Shown in pieces: positions 9,233 to 21,219 of a stretch of 64,000 nucleotides of DNA. The stretch's first letter is position 1. Every line of letters begins with the position of its first letter. The stretch comes from Oscillospiraceae bacterium. Lineage in GTDB: Bacteria; Bacillota; Clostridia; Oscillospirales; Oscillospiraceae. The position numbers were made by a program, and so were the translations under genes. The stretch covers positions 3,490-67,489 of the forward strand of contig JAFZDL010000037.1 of NCBI GenBank assembly GCA_017561205.1. The letters are read 5' to 3'. The notes below the pieces were generated by a model. That model was not told where the DNA came from. It did not search any database and saw only the letters and a program-made list of their open reading frames with translations.

Positions 9233-10123
9233 ATGGAAAACAGAAACTATAAAGGATGGCTGTACTTATTGCCGGCGGTTCTGTTCCTCGGCGTATTTAT
9301 GGTTTATCCGCTTATTGATGTGTTCATTTACTCCTTTGAGGAAGGCTTCCATTCCGCATCTCAAACCTATTACGGTGTTGGTTTGCAAAACTATTCCTAT
9401 GTGCTGCGGGATCCTTATTTTCTGCAAGCGCTGAAGAATACCATCTTGCTGGTTGCCATCACAGTTCCGCTCTCAACGGGTATTGCGCTGGTGATTTCCG
9501 TCGGTTTGGCTTCCATCAAAGGCCTGCGGAAACTGTTTCAGACAGTATATTTTCTGCCCTATGTAACGAATACTTTGGCAGTTGGCCTTGTATTTATGAT
9601 CTTATTCCAAAGAACGCCCTACACCGACGGTTTTGCCAATATGGTGATTGGTTGGTTTGGCGGAAATGCTGTTGATTTTATTGACGGTCCATACTGGGCA
9701 AAGATGTTTGTGCTGTGCTTTTATACCATTTGGGTGGTTATGCCCTTTAAGATTTTAGTGCTTACAACAGCGCTTGCCTCGGTAAATGAAACCTATTATA
9801 ACGCGGCCAGAGTGGATGGTACATCACGATTCCGTATCTTTACTCGCATTACCTTGCCTTTGATTTCGCCTACGGTGTTTTACTTGGTGATTACAGGTTT
9901 TATTGGCGCATTTAAGGCATACAGTGACGCAGTGGCGTTGTTTGGTACGGATTTGAATGTTGCCGGAATGAATACCATTGTTGGCTATGTTTACGATATG
10001 CTTTATGGCAACAATGGCGGCTATCCGTCTTATGCTTCCGCTGCGGCAATCATCTTGTTTGTGATTGTATTGACCATTACCTGCATCAATTTGCTGGTCA
10101 GCCGCAAGCATGTCCATTATTAA
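9233..10123 (+). CDS. ABC transporter permease
   Basis: Multiple TM segments; EAA-like loop YYNAARVDG; FQTVYFLPYVT. Confidence 0.9.
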   Translation: MENRNYKGWLYLLPAVLFLGVFMVYPLIDVFIYSFEEGFHSASQTYYGVGLQNYSYVLRDPYFLQALKNTILLVAITVPLSTGIALVISVGLASIKGLRKLFQTVYFLPYVTNTLAVGLVFMILFQRTPYTDGFANMVIGWFGGNAVDFIDGPYWAKMFVLCFYTIWVVMPFKILVLTTALASVNETYYNAARVDGTSRFRIFTRITLPLISPTVFYLVITGFIGAFKAYSDAVALFGTDLNVAGMNTIVGYVYDMLYGNNGGYPSYASAAAIILFVIVLTITCINLLVSRKHVHY

Positions 10124-10134
10124 GGAGGCGCCCA

Positions 10135-10998
10135 ATGAATTATGAAAAAATTGAGCGCTCCGCAAAAGTCCGGACGCGCTGCTTAAAATCGATTACATAT
10201 ACCGGCCTGACTATTTGGGGTTTGTTTGTTTTGTTTCCATTCTATTGGATGATTTTAACATCCTTGAAGGGCTACGGAGCTTATAACTCAGAGTACATAC
10301 CGCAGCTGTACACCCTGGCGCCTACTCTGCAGAACTATGTGCAGGCCTTCACAGAAGTGCCCTTGGCAAAATTCTTTGCGAATACGCTGGTCTTTACAGT
10401 TATCACGACAGCGATTATGTTGATGATAACGGTTTTGTCAGCCTATGCCTTTGCCCGATTGAATTTCAAGGGAAAAGATTTGGTATTTACACTGTTTTTG
10501 GCGCTGATGATGATTCCCAATGAACTGGTTGTCATCACAAACTATGTGACTGTAACAAATATGGAAATGCGTAATACCTTTGCCGGCTTGATTTTCCCGT
10601 CTGTAGCATCGGTTTTTTACATCTATCTATTGAAGGAGAATTTTGCTCAGGTTCCCAATGAGCTGTATTATGCTGCAAAGGTTGATGGAACAACGGATTT
10701 TAAGTACCTGCTTCGCGTAATAGTTCCGATTTGTAAGCCCACATTGGTGACAATTACGATTCTTAAAGTCATTGAGTGCTGGAATTCCTATGTTTGGCCT
10801 CGGTTGGTAACGGATGAAGAAAGCCATTTCTTAGTTTCCAACGGTATTCAAGCCATACGGGAAACCGGTTTCGGCAGAGAAAATATACCTGCAATGATGG
10901 CAGCTGTGGTTGCTATTTCCGCACCCTTGATTGTACTGTTTCTTGTTTTTAGGAACAAGATTATGGAAGGCGTGTCCAGAGGAGGTACCAAAGGATGA
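10135..10998 (+). CDS. ABC transporter permease
   Basis: Multiple TM segments; ELYYAAKVDG; WNSYVWP. Confidence 0.9.
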   Translation: MNYEKIERSAKVRTRCLKSITYTGLTIWGLFVLFPFYWMILTSLKGYGAYNSEYIPQLYTLAPTLQNYVQAFTEVPLAKFFANTLVFTVITTAIMLMITVLSAYAFARLNFKGKDLVFTLFLALMMIPNELVVITNYVTVTNMEMRNTFAGLIFPSVASVFYIYLLKENFAQVPNELYYAAKVDGTTDFKYLLRVIVPICKPTLVTITILKVIECWNSYVWPRLVTDEESHFLVSNGIQAIRETGFGRENIPAMMAAVVAISAPLIVLFLVFRNKIMEGVSRGGTKG

Positions 10999-12599
10999 AG
11001 AAATTGCTTTGTTTACTTCTTGTGGTCAGTTCTATTGTGGGCCTTTCCGCTTGTCATGGCAAAAAAGTGGAACGTGGTCAGAATCCCACTTCACTGGTTA
11101 CAAATTTTGAAATTCCCGAAAAATTTGACACATCCAGAAAGTTTGAAATAAGCTTTTGGGCTAAAAACGACAACAATAGCACCCAGCGGGATATTTATGC
11201 CAAGGCGGTTGCAGACTTTGAGGAAGTTTATCCCAATATCACAGTAAAGCTAAAGCTTTACAATGACTACGGTGATATTTATAAGGATGTGATTACCAAC
11301 ATCCCCACCAACACGACACCCAATGTATGTATCACATATCCTGACCATATTGCAACCTATTTGACAGGTGCTGACACAGTTGTTCCGTTGGATGACTTGC
11401 TTTATGATCCCGCTTATGGCTTGGGTGGTAGCGGTGTTAAATTCGATGCGCCTAAGACGGAGGAGATCATCCCGCAGTTTCTGAGTGAATGCTCCTTCGA
11501 CGGCCACTATTATGCTGTTCCCTATATGCGCTCTACAGAGGCTTGCTATGTGAACAAGACTTATGTGGAGAAGCTGGGGTACACGCTGCCTGAGGTTTTG
11601 ACCTGGGATTTTGTTTGGGAAGTGAGCGAGGCCGCGTTGGAAAAAGATGCTGTGGGCAACTTTGCTGTAAACGGGCAAAAAGTGATGATTCCCTTCATCT
11701 ATAAGTCTACGGATAATATGATGATCCAGATGCTTAAGCAGAAGAATGCCGGCTATTCTACTGCTGCAGGAGAAATTCAGATTTTTAATGATACGACCCA
11801 AAGTATCCTGGAAACAATTGCTGTGAATGCTAAAGATCGCGCATTTTCTACATTTAAGATCGGTGGCTATCCCGCCAATTATCTAAATGCCGGACAGTGT
11901 ATTTTTGCTGTAGACTCTACAGCCGGCGCCACCTGGATGGGCTGCGATGCGCCCCTTATCGATATAGCTGAAGAAAAGCTTATAAGGTTCGAAACAGTGG
12001 TTATGCCCATACCGCAGTTTGATACCGAACATCCTAAGATGATTTCACAAGGGCCTTCTATGTGCCTTTTTAACAAAGAAGATCCACAAGAGGTCCTGGC
12101 AAGCTGGCTATTTACGCAGTTTATGCTTACCAACTCAGTACAGATTGCCTATGCCCAAACTGAGGGTTACGCACCTGTTACATCTAAGGCACAAAAAAGC
12201 GCTGAATATCTGGATTATTTGAATCGTAGCGGTGAGAATAATGACCTTTACTATAATGTAAAGATTGATGCAACCAAGCTGCTGATGGATAATACGCAAA
12301 ACACCTTTGTGACACCTGTTTTCAATGGTTCGACTTCGTTGCGCAATGCGGCAGGTCAGCTGATTGAGAACGTAACAAAAATGGTTCGCCGAGGAAAAGA
12401 TGTAGATTATCCTGCTTTGTATGATGAGGTTACGTCCTTGTACCATCTCGATGAGATCGTTGTAAAAAAAGAAGGGCCACTGCCTAACGGTGCTGTTTTA
12501 TTGTTTATTGGGTTAGGTATTTGCTGGTTTAGCATCCTTGTTTCGGTCACTTTTGATAAATATAAAAAGAGATCGAAGAAAAAACAGGAAAAGTATTGA
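10995..12599 (+). CDS. Extracellular solute-binding lipoprotein with an extra C-terminal TM segment
   Basis: Lipobox LSAC; YAVPYMRSTE and QGPS motifs; C-terminal hydrophobic helix plus basic tail. Confidence 0.85.
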   Translation: MKKLLCLLLVVSSIVGLSACHGKKVERGQNPTSLVTNFEIPEKFDTSRKFEISFWAKNDNNSTQRDIYAKAVADFEEVYPNITVKLKLYNDYGDIYKDVITNIPTNTTPNVCITYPDHIATYLTGADTVVPLDDLLYDPAYGLGGSGVKFDAPKTEEIIPQFLSECSFDGHYYAVPYMRSTEACYVNKTYVEKLGYTLPEVLTWDFVWEVSEAALEKDAVGNFAVNGQKVMIPFIYKSTDNMMIQMLKQKNAGYSTAAGEIQIFNDTTQSILETIAVNAKDRAFSTFKIGGYPANYLNAGQCIFAVDSTAGATWMGCDAPLIDIAEEKLIRFETVVMPIPQFDTEHPKMISQGPSMCLFNKEDPQEVLASWLFTQFMLTNSVQIAYAQTEGYAPVTSKAQKSAEYLDYLNRSGENNDLYYNVKIDATKLLMDNTQNTFVTPVFNGSTSLRNAAGQLIENVTKMVRRGKDVDYPALYDEVTSLYHLDEIVVKKEGPLPNGAVLLFIGLGICWFSILVSVTFDKYKKRSKKKQEKY

Positions 12600-12660
12600 T
12601 TTTTTGAAAAAGTGCAGTATAATGACGTTGTCAAAATAAACCTGAAAAGGAGTTTGAAAA

Positions 12661-13398
12661 ATGAAAAAGATTATCGCACTGTTGTTGGTTGTTTGCATGG
12701 TAGTCTGCTTTGCTGCATGTGGCAAGAAGGCCGAGACTCCTGCTGACACCAAGGCCACCGACGCTACTGAATCTCTTAAGCAGCCTGACGAAAAGAAGGT
12801 TATGACCTATGCTGAGTATGCTGCTGCAGCTATTGATGCTGAGGTTGTTGTTGAGACCTATGTTCAGGCTAATCAGAGCTGGTGGGAAGACAAGATTACC
12901 GTTTACTGCCAGAGCCAGGACGGCGCTTACTTCGCTTACGAGCTGAAGTGCTCCGAGGAAGACTCTAAGAAGATGGTTCCCGGCACCAAGATCCGCATCA
13001 CCGGTACCAAGGGCGAATGGGAAGGCGAAGTTGAGATCATGGATGGCACCTTCGAGTTTGTTGAGGGTGACACCTTTGTGGCTGAGGCTTTTGATGCAAC
13101 CGACCTGCTGGGCACTGATGATCTGATCAAGCACCAGAACGAGAAGGTTGCCTTTAAGGGCATGACTGTCGAGAAGGTTGCCTACCAGAACGATCAGCCT
13201 GGCAAGGACATTTACGTGACCTTGGGCTTGGCTGAAAAGTCCTATGACTTCTGTGTAGAGAGCTACCTGACTTCTCCTGAGTCTGATCTGTACAAGGCCG
13301 TTGGCGAGCTGGATGCCGGCGATGTTGTTGACGTTGAGGGCTTCCTGTACTGGTACCAGGGCGCTAACCCCCATATCACCAACGTTACCAAGAAGTAA
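12661..13398 (+). CDS. Lipoprotein with two probable OB-fold domains
   Basis: Lipobox FAAC; PGTKIRITGTKGEWEGEVEI and AGDVVDVEGFLYWYQG are OB-like repeats; codon bias typical of highly expressed genes; own TTGATT/TATAAT-like promoter and terminator. Confidence 0.7.
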   Translation: MKKIIALLLVVCMVVCFAACGKKAETPADTKATDATESLKQPDEKKVMTYAEYAAAAIDAEVVVETYVQANQSWWEDKITVYCQSQDGAYFAYELKCSEEDSKKMVPGTKIRITGTKGEWEGEVEIMDGTFEFVEGDTFVAEAFDATDLLGTDDLIKHQNEKVAFKGMTVEKVAYQNDQPGKDIYVTLGLAEKSYDFCVESYLTSPESDLYKAVGELDAGDVVDVEGFLYWYQGANPHITNVTKK

Positions 13399-13410
13399 TT
13401 ACTTAACTTT

Positions 13411-13443
13411 CAGCACCTGCTAAAAAGCAGGTGCTGATTTTTT
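13411..13443 (+). terminator. Intrinsic terminator
   Basis: cagcacctgct-aaaa-agcaggtgctg followed by a T-tract. Confidence 0.8.
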
Positions 13444-13498
13444 GTGTAGAAATCCCGAAGCTGTTGTGCTATGATGGTAGTCAGGACGGTGATGGAAA

Positions 13499-14302
13499 AT
13501 GCCTAACATTATTGAAATTGCGGATATTGCAGCTCCAGAGCTGGATGTGTTTGCCCGCTTGACGGAAGCGCAGCTTCGTAACCGATTGGAGCCGGAGAAG
13601 GGAATATTTGTGGCAGAAAGCCCAAAGGTTATATCTGTGGCTTTGGATGCAGGTTTCAAACCGCTTTCTCTTTTGATGGAGCGACGGCATATTGGCGGTG
13701 ATGGCAAGGCGATCATAAACCGCTGCGGCAATATTCCTGTATATACTGCAGACAGAGATGTTTTGGAAATGCTTACTGGCTACCGTTTGACCCGGGGTGT
13801 ACTGTGCGCTATGCGCAGACCAAAAGCAGCAACACTTGATTCAGTTTGCCTGAACGCAAAGCGTATTGCTGTATTGGAAGGAATCGTGGATTCTACCAAT
13901 ATCGGCGCGATCTTCCGTTCAGCGGCGGCATTGGGAATTGATGGTGTTTTACTCACTGGTACTTGTTGCGACCCGCTGTGTCGCAGAGCTGTGCGTGTAA
14001 GTATGGGTACGGTTTTTCAAATTCCGTGGACAAGGGTTTTAGATGATTGGCAGCAACTTCTTAAAAAGATGAACTTCAAAACAGCCGCTATGGCATTGAG
14101 TGATAAAGCAGTTTCTATAGATGATCCCAAATTGAAATTAGCAGAAAAACTGGCTATCGTCTTAGGAACAGAAGGCGACGGGTTGTCCGAAAAGACAATA
14201 GCTGATTGTGATTATACAGTTTGTATACCTATGTATCACAAAGTAGATTCACTGAATGTAGCAGCTGCCAGCGCGGTAGCGTTCTGGGAATTGAGAGTAT
14301 AA
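13499..14302 (+). CDS. TrmH/SpoU family RNA methyltransferase
   Basis: NIGAIFRSA, VLGTEGDGL and IPM..VDSLNVAAA motifs. Confidence 0.92.
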   Translation: MPNIIEIADIAAPELDVFARLTEAQLRNRLEPEKGIFVAESPKVISVALDAGFKPLSLLMERRHIGGDGKAIINRCGNIPVYTADRDVLEMLTGYRLTRGVLCAMRRPKAATLDSVCLNAKRIAVLEGIVDSTNIGAIFRSAAALGIDGVLLTGTCCDPLCRRAVRVSMGTVFQIPWTRVLDDWQQLLKKMNFKTAAMALSDKAVSIDDPKLKLAEKLAIVLGTEGDGLSEKTIADCDYTVCIPMYHKVDSLNVAAASAVAFWELRV

Positions 14303-14308
14303 GACAGA

Positions 14309-14340
14309 TAAAGACAAGGCTTATGGCCTTGTCTTTTTTA
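14309..14340 (+). terminator. Intrinsic terminator
   Basis: aaagacaaggc-ttatg-gccttgtcttt followed by a T-tract. Confidence 0.8.
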
Positions 14341-14422
14341 TTTTGTTTACTACCCATTTCCGACGGAATAAATTGTGAAAAATGATTATATTAAGGTTGA
14401 TTACACCAAGGAGGAGAAAATT

Positions 14423-14740
14423 ATGCAACTTACAAGCTATCTCCAGGACGGAATGCTTACCATTGTTTTGACAGGTGAGATTGATCATCACTGCGCTAAG
14501 CATTACATCCGGACAATTACGGCAAAAATCGAGGCCTATACGCCACAGATTTGTATTTTGGACTTTCAAGAGGTTTCTTTTATGGATTCCTCTGGAATAG
14601 CAGTAGTTATTAATGCCTTGCGAAATATGGCAAAAATAGAAGGAAAATTAGAGCTTACAGGCTTGCAACCACAGCCGATGAAGGTGTTTCGGGCGTCCGG
14701 CGTGGACAAGCTTATCACAATGAAGGAGGAAGTAAAATGA
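14423..14740 (+). CDS. spoIIAA: Anti-sigma F factor antagonist
   Basis: GEIDHH and FMDSSGI STAS motifs; operon position. Confidence 0.93.
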   Translation: MQLTSYLQDGMLTIVLTGEIDHHCAKHYIRTITAKIEAYTPQICILDFQEVSFMDSSGIAVVINALRNMAKIEGKLELTGLQPQPMKVFRASGVDKLITMKEEVK

Positions 14741-15168
14741 AATTTGAAAACTATATGATACTGGAATTCCCCAGCAAATCTACAAATGAAGGCTTTGCCC
14801 GTTCTGCGGTTGCTTGTTTTGCGGCACAGCTTGACCCTACAATGGAGGAACTTGGGGATATTCGCACAGCTGTTTCTGAAGCGGTTACAAACTGCATTGT
14901 TCACGCATACCCCGATGGTTTAGGGATCATAAGTCTGCGCTGCCGCATACTAAAGGAAAATGTTCTGGATATTGTGATAAAAGACAAGGGTGTTGGTATT
15001 GAGAATCTGGAACAGGCTCGCAAACCGATGTTTACTACCGGCGGCGCAGAGCGAAGCGGAATGGGCTTTACCATTATGGAAAGTTTTATGACCAGTTTTC
15101 AGGTCACATCAAAGCCCGGTAAAGGGACATCTGTACATATGCGCAGAAAGCTGCAGCGTCGCAAATGA
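14737..15168 (+). CDS. spoIIAB: Anti-sigma F factor / kinase
   Basis: SEAVTNCIVHAY, DKGVGI and RSGMGFTIMESFM motifs. Confidence 0.95.
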   Translation: MKFENYMILEFPSKSTNEGFARSAVACFAAQLDPTMEELGDIRTAVSEAVTNCIVHAYPDGLGIISLRCRILKENVLDIVIKDKGVGIENLEQARKPMFTTGGAERSGMGFTIMESFMTSFQVTSKPGKGTSVHMRRKLQRRK

Positions 15169-15869
15169 CAAAAACTGAAGAATTGATCGCCCGATGCCAG
15201 GCAGGGGATCCGGAGGCCAAGGAGATGCTGATCGTTGAAAACAGCGGACTAATTTGGTCGGTTGCCCGAAGGTTTTTGGGCCGCGGTACTGAAGCAGATG
15301 ATGTATATCAGCTGGCTTGCCTTGGTTTTTTGAAGGCGGTTGAAGGATTTGACTTAGCGTATGGAACACAGTTTTCAACCTATGCTGTTCCCAAAATTTC
15401 CGGAGAAATTCGACGATTTTTAAGAGATGACGGAGCGGTTAAGGTATCCAGGAGCATCAAAGAGCAGGCTGCAACCATAAAAAGTGTAAGGAATCGATTA
15501 ACCGGTAGTCTTGGTAGAGAACCGACTGTCAGTGAGATCGCGGAGCAAACTGGTTTTTCTCTGGAAGAGATTGCAATGGCAGAAAGTGCAACGGCAACGG
15601 TGGAATCCATACATCAGGTGTCCGGTGATGAGGGATTTACGCTGGAAAGTGTATTAACTGACACCCAATCGGAGGAGGTACTATTGGAACAGTTAGCATT
15701 GCACCAGGCAATTGAAAAGCTGCCGGAGCGGGAAGCGATGGTGATTAAGCTGCGTTACTTTCACGGACTGACCCAACAACGCGTTTCTAAAGTGCTTGGG
15801 GTGAGTCAAGTGCAGGTATCCAGAATCGAAAAGAGGGTCTTGGAAAAATTACGGGTACTAATGACATAA
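15165..15869 (+). CDS. sigF: RNA polymerase sporulation sigma factor F
   Basis: FSTYAVP, EIRRFLRDDG and SQVQVSRIE motifs; follows spoIIAB. Confidence 0.92.
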   Translation: MTKTEELIARCQAGDPEAKEMLIVENSGLIWSVARRFLGRGTEADDVYQLACLGFLKAVEGFDLAYGTQFSTYAVPKISGEIRRFLRDDGAVKVSRSIKEQAATIKSVRNRLTGSLGREPTVSEIAEQTGFSLEEIAMAESATATVESIHQVSGDEGFTLESVLTDTQSEEVLLEQLALHQAIEKLPEREAMVIKLRYFHGLTQQRVSKVLGVSQVQVSRIEKRVLEKLRVLMT

Positions 15870-15934
15870 AAGCTCTTTACCTTTGACGAAAAATGGAGTA
15901 AAATAAGTATATCCTACGAAATGCAGGTGTACTT

Positions 15935-18322
15935 ATGACAGATGCATACCTCAGCCGCTTTGTTGCTGCTAGACGGCGTTATATTTTATCACAGTTTCAA
16001 AATTTAAATAATATGCAGCAAGAAGCTGTTTCTACTACGGAAGGGCCCTTGCTTCTCTTGGCTGGTGCCGGTAGCGGAAAGACCACAGTACTTATTAACA
16101 GAATTGCAAACTTGATGCGTTTTGGCAGAGCGAGCGATTCTAACGAGGTTCCGGATACTGTCACTGAAGAAGATGTGGAGTTCTTAGAAAAGCTCCAGGA
16201 GCCAGTGTCGGATTTTGACAGGCATCGTGCGGACTTGTTATGTGCTTTAGAGTCGGTTTTGCCCTGGAATATCATTGCTATCACCTTTACCAACAAGGCG
16301 GCCAATGAGCTTAAAGAGCGCCTTACAAATATGCTCGGACCGGAAGGACAAGATGTATGGGCCATGACATTCCACTCTGCCTGTTGCCGGATTTTGCGCC
16401 GTGATATTGAACGTTTGGGTTTTACCCGAAGTTTTACCATTTATGATACTGCCGATTCCGAGCGGGTTATGAAAGACGTTATTAAAGAGATGGGCCTTGA
16501 CGATAAGACCTTTCCTGCAAAATATGTTCTTTCTGTTATCAGCCGGGAAAAAGACAATATGGTATCAGCAGATGAAATGTTGGAACGGATGGAGTACACC
16601 AATGATTTCCGCCAGCTCCATGTTGCAAAAGCCTATGCCAAGTATCAAAATCGTTTACGGGAGAATAATGCCCTGGATTTTGATGACATTATTTTTCAAA
16701 CGGTTTTGCTGCTGCAAAACCACGAGGATGTGCGTGCCTACTATCAACGAAAATTCCGGTACGTTTTGGTGGACGAATATCAGGATACCAACCATATGCA
16801 GTATTTGCTCACCTCATTGCTTGCCGGTGGGTATGAGAATATTTGCGTTGTTGGTGATGATGACCAGAGTATCTATCGTTTCCGTGGCGCGACCATTGAG
16901 AATATTTTGAATTTCGAAAAGGAATATCAAGGTTCACGGGTCATTCGTCTGGAACAAAATTACCGCTCTACGCAGGCAATTTTGAATGCTGCAAATGGCG
17001 TGATCGCCCACAATATCGGAAGAAAGGGCAAGAGACTTTGGACAGCCAACGGAGAGGGAAAGCCTATCATAGTTTATGAATCAGCAGACGAAGGTGCAGA
17101 AGCGAACTATGTTGCAGGGCAGATCATTTCCGGCTCTAAGGGTAAGAATTTTAAGAATTATGCCGTTCTTTATCGCACCAATGCCCAATCGAATGCCTTG
17201 GAATTTGCCTTCAAACGCAACGGCATTCCGTACCGCGTGATTGGTGGTATGCGATTCTTTGATCGGGCTGAAGTTAAAGATATGCTGGCATATCTTTGTG
17301 TGATCAATAACCGTGCTGACGATCTGCGTTTGCACCGAATCATTAACAACCCACCCAGAGGTTTAGGCGCAAAGACTATCGAAACAGCTGATCGTTTGGC
17401 CCAAGCGGAAGGGAAGGGACTGTACACGGTTGTGTCTGACCCGTATTCCTATGGTCCGCTGGAAAAATCTGCAGGAAAACTGCTACAGTTTTCTGTACTG
17501 ATTGAGGAACTATCCCAGCTTTTGGTCGATGGGTTGACATTGCCTGAATTTTATGAGGAGGTCATGCTCCGTACCGGCTATATCGCAATGCTGGAAAGTA
17601 AGCCAACTGAGGAGAACAAAACCCGTCTTGAGAATATCCGAGAACTAAAATCCAGCATCAATGCCTATGTGCAGAATGCGGAAAGTCCCAGCCTTGCCGG
17701 TTTCCTGGAGGAAATTGCCCTTTACACAGATCTGGAGACCTATAATGAAGGTGATGATGCCGTGGTTATGATGACCATGCACTCTGCCAAGGGCTTGGAA
17801 TTCCCCAATGTATTCCTTGTCGGCTTTGAGGACGGTTTGTTTCCCGGTATGCGTGCAATTGGCGAAAGAGAAGAGATGGAAGAGGAGCGGCGGCTTTGCT
17901 ATGTGGCAATTACCCGTGCCAAGGAAAATCTGACGATCACATATGCTAAACAACGTATGCTCTATGGACGCACTAATGCCTCCTTGCCGTCTCGCTTCTT
18001 AAAGGAGATCCCGGCAGATACTATGGTGAAAAAGGGCGGTTATCAAACTGCGACCAATCCATATCCCAGGTATGCAGATTCCTCTGCTTTTGCGCCTAAA
18101 AAGCCTGCTTCTTATCAAAGCGCCTATTCCGTATCTGCTACCGGTCCTGCTATACCGGATTGGCGCAAGGGCGATATGGTACAACACACCGCCTTTGGTA
18201 GGGGTATGGTGCTGAGTGCGCTGAAAATGGGTGGCGATGCGCTTTTAGAAATTGCTTTTGACGAAATTGGAACTAAAAAGCTCATGGCAAAAACCGCATC
18301 AGCTCACATGAAAAAACTGTAA
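15935..18322 (+). CDS. pcrA: ATP-dependent DNA helicase PcrA/UvrD
   Basis: AGAGSGKT, TFTNKAA, DEYQDTN, GDDDQSIY and EERRLCYVAITRA motifs; C-terminal Tudor-like domain. Confidence 0.95.
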   Translation: MTDAYLSRFVAARRRYILSQFQNLNNMQQEAVSTTEGPLLLLAGAGSGKTTVLINRIANLMRFGRASDSNEVPDTVTEEDVEFLEKLQEPVSDFDRHRADLLCALESVLPWNIIAITFTNKAANELKERLTNMLGPEGQDVWAMTFHSACCRILRRDIERLGFTRSFTIYDTADSERVMKDVIKEMGLDDKTFPAKYVLSVISREKDNMVSADEMLERMEYTNDFRQLHVAKAYAKYQNRLRENNALDFDDIIFQTVLLLQNHEDVRAYYQRKFRYVLVDEYQDTNHMQYLLTSLLAGGYENICVVGDDDQSIYRFRGATIENILNFEKEYQGSRVIRLEQNYRSTQAILNAANGVIAHNIGRKGKRLWTANGEGKPIIVYESADEGAEANYVAGQIISGSKGKNFKNYAVLYRTNAQSNALEFAFKRNGIPYRVIGGMRFFDRAEVKDMLAYLCVINNRADDLRLHRIINNPPRGLGAKTIETADRLAQAEGKGLYTVVSDPYSYGPLEKSAGKLLQFSVLIEELSQLLVDGLTLPEFYEEVMLRTGYIAMLESKPTEENKTRLENIRELKSSINAYVQNAESPSLAGFLEEIALYTDLETYNEGDDAVVMMTMHSAKGLEFPNVFLVGFEDGLFPGMRAIGEREEMEEERRLCYVAITRAKENLTITYAKQRMLYGRTNASLPSRFLKEIPADTMVKKGGYQTATNPYPRYADSSAFAPKKPASYQSAYSVSATGPAIPDWRKGDMVQHTAFGRGMVLSALKMGGDALLEIAFDEIGTKKLMAKTASAHMKKL

Positions 18323-18366
18323 TTTAATTTGTTTGCTGTCATATACTCCCACAGGGGGCGTATAGG

Positions 18367-20955
<2,589 letters not shown>

Positions 20956-20956
<1 letters not shown>

Positions 20957-20992
20957 AAAAATACGGAGAGCGACTGCTCTCCGTATTTTTTT
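20956..20992. terminator. Bidirectional intrinsic terminator
   Basis: aaaaaatacggagagc-gact-gctctccgtatttttt. Confidence 0.85.
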
Positions 20993-21200
20993 ATAAGCTG
21001 AAATCAACCTCATCGTATTTCTTGGTGTCCAGGGGCTTCATCTTGGGCGGGATCCGTTTGCAAGGATCGTAACGGAATTTGCGGCATTTGGATCCTGCTA
21101 GTACAACACCCTTTTTGATGCACAAAATCTGAGTTTCATCCATAGTTGTACCCCACTGACAGTAAGCGCAGGCGGGAGTAATCTTCTTGCGAAACAGCAT
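20991..21200 (-). CDS. Small Cys-rich hypothetical protein (69 aa)
   Basis: MLFRKKITPACAYC...LC...KCRKFRYDP with AAAGGAG RBS and downstream terminator. Confidence 0.7.
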   Translation of the reverse strand: MLFRKKITPACAYCQWGTTMDETQILCIKKGVVLAGSKCRKFRYDPCKRIPPKMKPLDTKKYDEVDFSL

Positions 21201-21219
21201 AATTTGCTCCTTTCGACTG

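Noticed and set aside
12631-13374. 247-aa antisense ORF over the lipoprotein gene
   Set aside because: Shadow ORF expected from strong codon bias on the sense strand; no recognisable motifs
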